Assembly: GCA_965662845.1 (NCBI GenBank)
Contig: CBFIJD010000002.1
Coordinates: forward strand, 51,393-92,578
DNA from: an uncultured bacterium
GTDB lineage: Bacteria; SAR324; NAC60-12
Direction: 5' to 3'
Length of the DNA: 41,186 nucleotides
Below the pieces are notes generated by a model. The model was not told the DNA's origin. It ran no database searches and saw only the letters and a list, made by a program, of their open reading frames with translations. Made by a program: the position numbers and the translations under genes. Below, one piece after another: positions 17,629 to 26,030 of the stretch (position 1 is the first letter of the stretch; each line of letters opens with the position of its first letter).

Positions 17629-19878
17629 ATGCGCCTTCGCCTCTCCTCCGCGCGGGAAGGCTTCCACAACCTGATGGAATCGGCCGACCCGCGCATCCGC
17701 AATCGCCTCTTAGCGACCTCGATTCTCCTCCTCCTGATCGTCTTCCTCGTCACCTTCAATGTGGAGCAGGGGCTCCCTGACACTGGAAGCGTCAACTCTC
17801 GCTTAATTCTGTTTGTCGCGATCAACGTCAATATCGTGCTGTTGGCGGTCGTGTTCTATTTGATCGCCAAGAACTTGCTCAAGCTGGTTGTGGAGCGCCG
17901 CCAACAGGTGCTCGGGGTCACGCTGAAAACCAAGCTCATCGCAGCGTTCACGCTCCTGTCTCTGCCTGCAATGGCGTTTCACCTCTTTGCCAGCAGTTTC
18001 ATCTCTGCCACCTTGGAGTCTTGGCTGACAGGGCAGCATGAGACGGTCGTTGAGAACGCCCGCGAAGTGTCAGAAGTTTATCACCGCGATTTGAAGAAGA
18101 TGCTTGAGCTGCAAGGGTGGATTGTCGCGGAAACCTTGCGCACACAGCCGGAACTCTATCAACAACTCGAACAATTAGACGCCCAACTCCAGAAACAACT
18201 CGGCGACGGGCTCACCTTCTATTCTGGGGCACGCGCAGTGCGATTCCAGAAGCTCCGCACCGAGGATGCTCGCGAACACTGGAAGCCCCTGAGCGCAGCC
18301 GAGTGGTACCAACTCGGGCAAAACGACTCCACTTGGTTGGTGGAAGAACTGAACGACCGCTTCCTCTATCGGCACCTGCAGCGGCTGAACGCCCCCAACG
18401 AAGAAGAAGTTCTCCTCGAACTCTTTCATCCAACTCCGGTTCACATCACGCAAGCGCTGAACGGAATCCTTGAACAAGAGCGGAACACGCGTTTTTTCAA
18501 TGAGTCAGAAGACCTCTTGCGGCGGTACTACATCGTCATTTTCTTACTGATGACACTTTGCATTGTGTTCGTCGCGACGTGGCTAGCGTTCTACTTTGCG
18601 CGGGGTTTTGTGCAACCCATTGAGAACCTTGCGCAGGCCACACAGCGGGTCGCAGAGGGCGAGCTGGGCTATCAGGTGGAGACCAACGCGACGTTGGATA
18701 AAGACTTCGCGCTGCTCGTGCGCGCTTTCAATGCGATGAGCCAAGACTTGGAGATCAACCAAGTCGCGCTGGAAAAAACGACGGAGCATTTGCAGCAGAG
18801 CCATCAGGCGCTGGAGGAACAGCATCGCTTGCTTGAGCTTGTGCTTGAGAACATTAGCACCGGCGTGGTGCTGCTAGACCCTGACGGGAACTTACGACGC
18901 GTCAATCGCGCGGCCGCGCAACTCTTGGAGTGGCGCAATCCCGAAGAGACGCGCAAACCCTTTCATGAAGCGCTTGAAGAGTCTGTCCTCACCTCTTTTA
19001 GCGAAATGTGGGAACAGCTCGGACAGCCCGGCGCCCAGTCTGTGTATCGCCACGTGACGCTGCTCCAAAACGATGTCCCCGTGCAAGTCGCGGTCACGAT
19101 GCTCATGCTCAAGTCCCGCGAGGATGAACCTCTGGGCGTGATCGCTGTCTACAACAACATCACCGAGATTCATCGCTTACAACGGGCACAAGCATGGCGA
19201 GAAGTGGCTCGACGAATCGCTCACGAGATCAAAAATCCGCTCACGCCGATCCAACTCTCTGCCGAACGGATTCGCCGTCGTTATGCAAACAAAGTGGAGG
19301 ATCCACAGGCATTGCATCAGGCCACACAAACCATCATCAGCGAAGTGGAACAGCTCAAGCTCATGGTCAGCGAGTTCTCCCAATTTGCCCGCATTCCCGA
19401 GTCCAATCCCCGCCCAACCAACTTGCATGACGTGCTGCATGACGTCGTCTGCCTCTATCAAGAAAATCTCCCCACTCGCATCCACCTGGTTACCGAACTT
19501 TGTAAAGACATGCCGCTCCTGTCAATTGATCCAGAGCAGATGAAGCGGGTCTTCATCAATTTGGTGGACAATGCGATTGACGCCGTCGAGAAAAAGGGGC
19601 GCCTCTCGCGATTGCTGCGCCAAGGTGAGGTGAAACTGGCCACAAGTGTGGATGAGACCGTGCGGATCGCCCGAATTGAAGTCACCGACAACGGAACGGG
19701 CATTGAGCCAGAGATTGCAGACCGGCTGTTCGAGCCGTATGCGACCACCAAAAAAGATGGGACGGGGCTGGGATTGACGATCATTCACCAAACCATCTCA
19801 GATCACGATGGCTTCGTGCGCTTTCGGAATGTGGAGGGAGGCGGAGCCTGCTTTACAATTGAGCTGCCGCTAGGCTGA
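17629..19878 (+). CDS. NtrY-like sensor histidine kinase (TM-HAMP-PAS-HisKA-HATPase)
   Basis: AWREVARRIAHEIKNPLTPIQLSAER, NLVDNA, DNGTG and GTGLGL. There is an alternative start at ATG 17674. Confidence 0.9.
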   Translation: MRLRLSSAREGFHNLMESADPRIRNRLLATSILLLLIVFLVTFNVEQGLPDTGSVNSRLILFVAINVNIVLLAVVFYLIAKNLLKLVVERRQQVLGVTLKTKLIAAFTLLSLPAMAFHLFASSFISATLESWLTGQHETVVENAREVSEVYHRDLKKMLELQGWIVAETLRTQPELYQQLEQLDAQLQKQLGDGLTFYSGARAVRFQKLRTEDAREHWKPLSAAEWYQLGQNDSTWLVEELNDRFLYRHLQRLNAPNEEEVLLELFHPTPVHITQALNGILEQERNTRFFNESEDLLRRYYIVIFLLMTLCIVFVATWLAFYFARGFVQPIENLAQATQRVAEGELGYQVETNATLDKDFALLVRAFNAMSQDLEINQVALEKTTEHLQQSHQALEEQHRLLELVLENISTGVVLLDPDGNLRRVNRAAAQLLEWRNPEETRKPFHEALEESVLTSFSEMWEQLGQPGAQSVYRHVTLLQNDVPVQVAVTMLMLKSREDEPLGVIAVYNNITEIHRLQRAQAWREVARRIAHEIKNPLTPIQLSAERIRRRYANKVEDPQALHQATQTIISEVEQLKLMVSEFSQFARIPESNPRPTNLHDVLHDVVCLYQENLPTRIHLVTELCKDMPLLSIDPEQMKRVFINLVDNAIDAVEKKGRLSRLLRQGEVKLATSVDETVRIARIEVTDNGTGIEPEIADRLFEPYATTKKDGTGLGLTIIHQTISDHDGFVRFRNVEGGGACFTIELPLG

Positions 19879-20925
19879 TCAGAGCGTAGAGAGCAGTTTG
19901 GCGGGGATGTCTTTGAGGGGGACGGCTTGTTGAGCGCCACCGTTGTTGAGCGCCTCGCGTGGCATACCAAACACCACACAGCTCTCTTCATCTTGCGCGA
20001 AGGTGTGGGCGCCAGATTTGCGCATCGCTAACATGCCTGCGGCGCCATCATTGCCCATGCCGGTCAAGATGATGCCTACCGCGTGACCGCGCGCCGCTTC
20101 GGCCACAGAATGAAACAAGACATCTACGGAAGGACGGTGGCGCGTCACAAGGGGACCCTTTTTCACTTCAACCGTGTAGCGTCCGCCCGTCTTGCGCAGG
20201 CGCATGTGGTAATCTCCTGGGGCAATCAGCGCGAGCCCGGAATAGACTTCATCGCCATCGCAGGCTTCGCGGACTTCAATTTGTGAGAGTTGATTCAATC
20301 GCTCAGCGAACGAACGGGTGAAGTGCTCGGGCATGTGCTGCACAATCACAATTCCGGGGATAGAGACGGGGAGCGGGGCCAGCACAGAGCGAATGGCTTC
20401 AGTGCCTCCTGTGGAGGCTCCAATGGCGATGATCTTGTCTGACGTCATGGAGCTGACGGTTGGCCGCACGGGCTCTTGCTTCGTGGCGTGTGACCACCCA
20501 GGCCGGTGACTTTTTACGTCCACTTGAGCCGAACGCACAACGACATCTGCCAGCCGATTGATCACCGCTTTCAGGCCGTTGGGATCATCAAAGCGTGGCT
20601 TCGCGAACACGTCTAAAGCGCCCAACTCTAGCGCTTTCACCCCCATCTCTCGACGTCCTTCCACCACCGAACTAAAGACGACAATGGGCACCGGCCAGTG
20701 CTTCATCAACACAGAGATGAACTCCAGACCGCTCATGCGTGGCATTTCAAGGTCGAGCGTGATCACGTCGGGGTTGACTTCCACGATCATATCGCGGGCG
20801 TGATAGGCGTCTTCGGCAGCTCCGACGACCTCTATGCGTTCATCTTGGCTGAACTCTCGCGTCAACACATTGCGTACAAGCGACGAGTCATCGACGATGA
20901 GCACGCGGACGGGTTGGGAATTCAT
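19879..20925 (-). CDS. cheB: Chemotaxis response regulator methylesterase
   Basis: REC domain (LIVDDS, TLDLEMP) plus GASTGG, VQHMP and LTGMGNDG. Confidence 0.97.
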   Translation of the reverse strand: MNSQPVRVLIVDDSSLVRNVLTREFSQDERIEVVGAAEDAYHARDMIVEVNPDVITLDLEMPRMSGLEFISVLMKHWPVPIVVFSSVVEGRREMGVKALELGALDVFAKPRFDDPNGLKAVINRLADVVVRSAQVDVKSHRPGWSHATKQEPVRPTVSSMTSDKIIAIGASTGGTEAIRSVLAPLPVSIPGIVIVQHMPEHFTRSFAERLNQLSQIEVREACDGDEVYSGLALIAPGDYHMRLRKTGGRYTVEVKKGPLVTRHRPSVDVLFHSVAEAARGHAVGIILTGMGNDGAAGMLAMRKSGAHTFAQDEESCVVFGMPREALNNGGAQQAVPLKDIPAKLLSTL

Positions 20926-21497
20926 CGGCGCGGTCCTTTCAGTACGAGCGCTCCCTCTTCGCTAAAGTCATAGCTTTGCAAGTAGCTCATGCGGACTTTG
21001 CCGGTGGTTGCGTTCATTTGCACTTTGCGTCCTTCGTGGCCGCTGACGTCATGACCGACAATGCGCACACCGAGCTTCTTGAGAATGCGGAATGTGATAG
21101 CGGCGTTTCGCGATCCGACGGAGAGCCCTGGGGACTGTCCGGTCCCCGAGATTCCGTTGGCTCCTCCGAAAACACGAGCGGTCAACGCAGCGGGTTGGGC
21201 TCCGCTCTCGCGCACTAAGTCATAGAGCACATAGGTCGCGACGTTCGCAAAGCGGGTGGATGTGATCTCGTCTCGACGACAAATGGGGAGCGTGATGTGG
21301 TTCATGCCGGCTACTCTAGCTTGGGCGTCCCACAGGCACACGGCGACGCAAGATCCAAGAATCGTGCTGATGATGCCTGTTTCTTTCAGCACAAAGACCT
21401 CGCCGGGCTGCACAAAGTGCACGCTCCCGTCAAGGCTGTCCCAAGCTTCGGGCCGCTGAGGTAGGTCAGTTACGGCGGTAGATAGAACTCTGGACAT
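20922..21497 (-). CDS. cheD: Chemoreceptor glutamine deamidase
   Basis: TILGSCVAVCLWD, GMNH, VFGGA and VGSRN. The start is uncertain and overlaps the cheR end. Confidence 0.9.
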   Translation of the reverse strand: MSRVLSTAVTDLPQRPEAWDSLDGSVHFVQPGEVFVLKETGIISTILGSCVAVCLWDAQARVAGMNHITLPICRRDEITSTRFANVATYVLYDLVRESGAQPAALTARVFGGANGISGTGQSPGLSVGSRNAAITFRILKKLGVRIVGHDVSGHEGRKVQMNATTGKVRMSYLQSYDFSEEGALVLKGPRR

Positions 21498-22284
21498 ACT
21501 TTAGGTCTGTTTTAACGCCAATGAGGCTCTCTGAGTGCCCGATAAACAAGTATCCGCCCGGTTCGATGTATTCTGCGAGGCGGTTGACGAGGCGCTCTTG
21601 GGTTGGTTTGTCGAAATAAATCATCACATTGCGACACATGATAAAGTCAAACTTGGCGCGGAGCGGAAAGTCTTCCATTAAGTTCAGCCGACGGAAGCGA
21701 ATCAGTGACTTCAGTTGATCGCTGACCTCATACAGGTCGTCCCACTGTGACGGGATCCGTTTGAAATATTTCTGTCGCAGCTTTGGAGCAATGGGCTCTA
21801 GGATTTTTGAGGAGTATTGCCCCTTCTCTCCTTCATCGAGCACTTTGGTAGAGATGTCTGTCGCGAGAATTTTAACGTCTTTGTTCCCAACGGAGCCGCC
21901 GAGGGCTTCCACAAGAGTCATCGCGATGGTGTAAGGCTCTTCGCCGCTTGAACAAGCCGCGCTCCAGATGCGGATGGAGGGTTGCTGTTTGAGTTGCGGA
22001 TAAACGTGCTGGTTCAAGAACTCGAAGTGGTTGTTCTCGCGAAAAAAATCCGTCTTATTTGTCGAGACCGCGTTGAGTAAGAGCACCATCTCTTGGCCGC
22101 TCGCATCGCGCAGGATGTGCTCTCGATAGGCGTCATAAGAGCGCAGCTGCAGCTCGTTCATCCGCTTTGCGAGGCGGGTCATGAGGAGCTGTTTTTTCGC
22201 CAAGCCCAAGTTGATGCCGACGGTGTCGTAGATCAGTTTGCGGTACTTCTCAAACTCCGCGTCTTCCATTACTGGCAAGTTCAT
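21466..22284 (-). CDS. cheR: Chemotaxis methyltransferase
   Basis: STNKTDFFRE, WSAACSSGEEPY, CRNVMIYFD and GHSESL. Confidence 0.97.
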   Translation of the reverse strand: MNLPVMEDAEFEKYRKLIYDTVGINLGLAKKQLLMTRLAKRMNELQLRSYDAYREHILRDASGQEMVLLLNAVSTNKTDFFRENNHFEFLNQHVYPQLKQQPSIRIWSAACSSGEEPYTIAMTLVEALGGSVGNKDVKILATDISTKVLDEGEKGQYSSKILEPIAPKLRQKYFKRIPSQWDDLYEVSDQLKSLIRFRRLNLMEDFPLRAKFDFIMCRNVMIYFDKPTQERLVNRLAEYIEPGGYLFIGHSESLIGVKTDLKYVQSSIYRRN

Positions 22285-22314
22285 AGCGTCAATGCTCGGA
22301 CCGAAGGCCTTAGG

Positions 22315-24084
22315 TTAGAACCTTCGCGTGGAAGGCAGTTGGGGAGACGGATGTGATGGATCGTTTGGGTGGGCCTGCTGGGAGTTTGCCGTGTTGCCCT
22401 TCACAAGCTGGTTCAACTCAACAATCATCTGATTGAGGGTTGAGGCTTCATCCATCATCAAGCGCGAGGCCGAGGCGGTCTGTTCTGCGCGGGCGGCATT
22501 GGACTGCGTCACGTCGTCCATTTGGTGAACCGCTTTGGTAATTTCATCAATTCCCACAGCCTGAGCGTCAGACGCCTCGCGGATTTGCTGAGACATGCGT
22601 TGGACCCCTCCAATTTGTTGGGACTGCACGCCAGCGGACTGTGAGAGCGCGGCGATGAACTCTGATACTTTCTCGAATTTGTCCAGTATTTTTTGCAATG
22701 CTTCCTCGCCTTGGGCAGCGAGTTCGTTGCCTTTTTGGGTGCGGCTGCTGGTTTCGTTCACCAATTGTGAGATCTCACGCGCGGCTTGCTTGGAGTTTTC
22801 GGCCAGTTTCGCGACTTCGTCGGCGACCACACCAAAGCCTTTTCCTTGTTCTCCCGCCCGCGCCGCTTCAACAGCGGCGTTTGTCGCGAGCATTTTCGTT
22901 TGTTGTGTGATGCTGCTGAGTAGTTCGACGATGTCATTGATTTTCTGCCCGCTCGCGTTGATGTCGGCTAAGGACTGCACAATGGTCTGCATCGCGGCCA
23001 TCCCTTCGTTCACCGCTTGTCGAGCGGCTTCTGCGGCTTGTGTGGAGGTCTCTGAGTCCTGCTGAACTTTCATCAAGGAGTGTGAGAGCTGGCTCACGGA
23101 CTCATTGGTAGAGCTGGCGTTGTCGGCGTTGTCGCGAATTTGTGAGTCAATCTCGGTCATTGCTGCGGAGGTCTGCTCCAAGCTCGCGGCTTGTTCTGTG
23201 GCGGCTTCTGCCAACGACTGACTCAGCGAGGAGACTTGCTGAGCGGCGCTGCTGGTGCGATGGGACATCTGATCTAGCCGCTGCGTGAGCCGATGAATCG
23301 GGTTCGCGATCGTATATTTGGTCGCAAAGAACACCACGAGCAGCGTCAAGCCTAGCGCGCCTCCGGTGAAGAGCAAAATCATGGATGTAGAGTCTGCAAT
23401 CCGATCTTGCATCGGCTGCAAATCCATAATGATCTCAAAGCCGCCGCGCACTTCGCCTTCCTTCCAGCCCTCCATTTTGTAGCCAAAGAAGTCATATCCA
23501 TCGCCGTCTGGATCGTCAGCGGTGGTGCCGTGGCACACAAGGCAATCCTTGCGTAGATGCACCGGCCGCACGTAGCGGAAGGCATTCATTTGTTCATCGA
23601 GCACAAAGGCCTCTGTTCGCGAGCCGTCACGTAGGCTATCGAGCATGCTTTTTTCGATTGGGTCGGCTTCGTTCTTAGGGTTTCGGGCTTGAACTCTGGG
23701 GGTGCGGAACTCGAAGTCGGACGCCTCAGAGTCGCGTTGTGCGACCGTCCAAGCGGCGACGACCGGAATCGACCAGTACGCGCCAGTTTGGGTAATCGCG
23801 CGTTGTTTGGCGTCATCGTTGGCGAAGGTTCGCCCTTGCAGCGAGTTGAGCTGTTCGCTGATTTTGGCGTCATCCATCACCTGATGGCGTGTGCGTAGCT
23901 CTGCGACATAGTTCATGTTGTTGAGCGCTTGCACCGTAATCGCACGAGACTTCTCAATCATGCCTTCCATCGCTGTTTCACGGATGGCGTAGCGATTGAG
24001 AAACACCGCCAAGACACCGATGAACAGAATGCCGACAGAGCTTAGGAGCATGATGCGAGACATCAGACTGAAACGTGACCACAT
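22315..24084 (-). CDS. Methyl-accepting chemotaxis protein with a periplasmic DUF3365/Tll0287-like heme-c domain
   Basis: Two TM helices flank RNPKN, FRYVRP, CLVCH (23530-23544) and GEVRG; signalling domain [16 protein letters not shown]. Confidence 0.9.
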   Translation of the reverse strand: MWSRFSLMSRIMLLSSVGILFIGVLAVFLNRYAIRETAMEGMIEKSRAITVQALNNMNYVAELRTRHQVMDDAKISEQLNSLQGRTFANDDAKQRAITQTGAYWSIPVVAAWTVAQRDSEASDFEFRTPRVQARNPKNEADPIEKSMLDSLRDGSRTEAFVLDEQMNAFRYVRPVHLRKDCLVCHGTTADDPDGDGYDFFGYKMEGWKEGEVRGGFEIIMDLQPMQDRIADSTSMILLFTGGALGLTLLVVFFATKYTIANPIHRLTQRLDQMSHRTSSAAQQVSSLSQSLAEAATEQAASLEQTSAAMTEIDSQIRDNADNASSTNESVSQLSHSLMKVQQDSETSTQAAEAARQAVNEGMAAMQTIVQSLADINASGQKINDIVELLSSITQQTKMLATNAAVEAARAGEQGKGFGVVADEVAKLAENSKQAAREISQLVNETSSRTQKGNELAAQGEEALQKILDKFEKVSEFIAALSQSAGVQSQQIGGVQRMSQQIREASDAQAVGIDEITKAVHQMDDVTQSNAARAEQTASASRLMMDEASTLNQMIVELNQLVKGNTANSQQAHPNDPSHPSPQLPSTRRF

Positions 24085-24135
24085 AGCGAGTCCTCTGGGC
24101 GAAGGGCCCGCGCGGCGCAGGCCAAAAGAAAATGC

Positions 24136-25527
24136 TCAGAATTCCGAAAAGTCGTCGCGCATTGGGATCATTTCGGAGGGCTTGATCCGCTTCCCGGCCG
24201 CGGGCGTTTCGGAAGGTGAAGGGTTTGGTGACGGAGGCTGGGGAGCGCGTGCGGACGTTGCAGACGACGGCTCAGGCATGGAGCGAGGTTCCGAGAAGCT
24301 CGCTGTGCTGGCCGGCAGCGCTTTGAGGGGTGCTGTCGCAGGGCTGAAGGACGCGTATCCGCTGGTGTGATAGCCGACTTGCTGTGAGAGCTGCTGCACA
24401 ATGTCACTGAGCATATCCGCTTGGGCAGAGAGCTGTTCCGCAGCGCTGGCTGTGGACTCGGCGTTAGAGGCTGTCTCTTGGGTGACGTTGTTCATATCAT
24501 TCACAGCGCGTGAGACTTGGTCGACGCCGTTGGCTTGGTCTGAAGATGCCTGCTTGATGGTAGAGACGAGGCGCTCGACTTCGGTGATTTTTTGGGACTG
24601 CTCACTCGCCGATTTGGTCACTTCGCCGATCAACTCGCCGACCTGAACGACCCGCCCTAGAATGTTCTGCAGAGCGGATTCTCCCTCACCAGCAAGCTGG
24701 CCTCCGTCTTTGGCTTGGCGCACACTTTCGCGAATCAAATCCCCGATCTCTCGTGCGGCTTGCTTAGAGTTTTCGGCAAGTTTGCTGACTTCATCAGCGA
24801 CGACGGCGAAGCCTTTGCCTTGTTCTCCTGCGCGGGCGGCTTCGATCGCAGCGTTGGTCGCGAGCATTTTGGTTTGGTGGGTGATGGAGTCGATCACTTC
24901 GATGATGTCGGTGATCCGCGTGCTGCCTTCTTGGATGCCGCGCATGGCAGAGCTGATGTCACTCATTGCTTTCACTCCGCTCTCTGCGGCGGAGCGGGCT
25001 TCTGTCGCGAGTTCTGCCGAGCGCAGGGTGTTGTTCTCCGCAGTTCGGGCGATTTCCATCACGCTCTGGACGTGTTCAGAGACAAAAGCAGAACTCGACG
25101 CGCTTTCGCGAATTTGAGAGTTGATCTCTTCCATGGTGCTGGCGGTCTCTTCCAAACTTGATGCTTGGCGCGCCGCGCCCCCGGAGAGCTCCACAGAGTT
25201 TTGCGCGACTTTTTGCGAGGCCTCGCTCAGCTGCTTGGAGGTGCCGACAAGGCTACTGACGAGAGAAGAGAGGGTCTGGTTGATGCCTCGGTTTACCCAC
25301 CAAGAGACGCCTCCGACAAGGCCAATCAGCACTAACACGATGACAATGAGCCAGAGCTCGTGGTTGTCGTGCATCTCTCGGATAGAGGCGAGCTTCGCTG
25401 GGTTGATGTTCGCTTCTTCCACGAGTTTGAGCGTCTCAGACATAAAATAGATGTCGATCCCCAAGATGAGCAGCAGGATCAGCACAGAGAACCCGACGTT
25501 GAGCGCGAGCTTGTTACCGATGGTCAT
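24136..25527 (-). CDS. Methyl-accepting chemotaxis protein with a minimal periplasmic loop and C-terminal pentapeptide
   Basis: Two TM helices ~30 aa apart; [20 protein letters not shown]; Pro/Ser tail ending DFSEF. ATG 25527 follows a GGAGG. Confidence 0.92.
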   Translation of the reverse strand: MTIGNKLALNVGFSVLILLLILGIDIYFMSETLKLVEEANINPAKLASIREMHDNHELWLIVIVLVLIGLVGGVSWWVNRGINQTLSSLVSSLVGTSKQLSEASQKVAQNSVELSGGAARQASSLEETASTMEEINSQIRESASSSAFVSEHVQSVMEIARTAENNTLRSAELATEARSAAESGVKAMSDISSAMRGIQEGSTRITDIIEVIDSITHQTKMLATNAAIEAARAGEQGKGFAVVADEVSKLAENSKQAAREIGDLIRESVRQAKDGGQLAGEGESALQNILGRVVQVGELIGEVTKSASEQSQKITEVERLVSTIKQASSDQANGVDQVSRAVNDMNNVTQETASNAESTASAAEQLSAQADMLSDIVQQLSQQVGYHTSGYASFSPATAPLKALPASTASFSEPRSMPEPSSATSARAPQPPSPNPSPSETPAAGKRIKPSEMIPMRDDFSEF

Positions 25528-25528
25528 G

Positions 25529-26017
25529 TTAGGCAACCTCCTGCTGCTGTTGACGCAACATGACTAGCTCGTCTGCGGAGAGGATGTTCTCCAGATCGAG
25601 CACGATGACTACGCGTTGGTCAAGTTTGGCCATGCCTGCGATGTACTCTGTGCGAATGTTGGTGCCAAGCTGTGGCGTTTCTTCAAAAATTTGCTCGTCA
25701 ATGCGGGTTACGCCAACGAGAAAGTCGACGACAATGCCGGTCAGGGTGCCTTGAACATCGACCACAATGATGCAGGTCTCTGTGGTCGGCTCGACCGTTG
25801 TCATGTTGAACTTACTGCGCAGGTCAATCACAGGAATGATCTTTCCGCGCAGGTTGATGATGCCCAGCATGAACGCAGGGGTGTGAGGCACAGGGTCGAT
25901 GTGCATCAGACCGACGACCTCGCGGGCTTCTAGAATTTGGATGCCATACTCCTGCTTGCCCAGCATGAAAGTCAGGAGTTTGCCTTCGGAATGATCAAAG
26001 AGGCTGTTCTTTGACAT
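25529..26017 (-). CDS. cheW: Chemotaxis coupling protein
   Basis: [28 protein letters not shown] and GIVVD. Confidence 0.96.
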   Translation of the reverse strand: MSKNSLFDHSEGKLLTFMLGKQEYGIQILEAREVVGLMHIDPVPHTPAFMLGIINLRGKIIPVIDLRSKFNMTTVEPTTETCIIVVDVQGTLTGIVVDFLVGVTRIDEQIFEETPQLGTNIRTEYIAGMAKLDQRVVIVLDLENILSADELVMLRQQQQEVA

Positions 26018-26030
26018 AGTCTCTCCTCGA

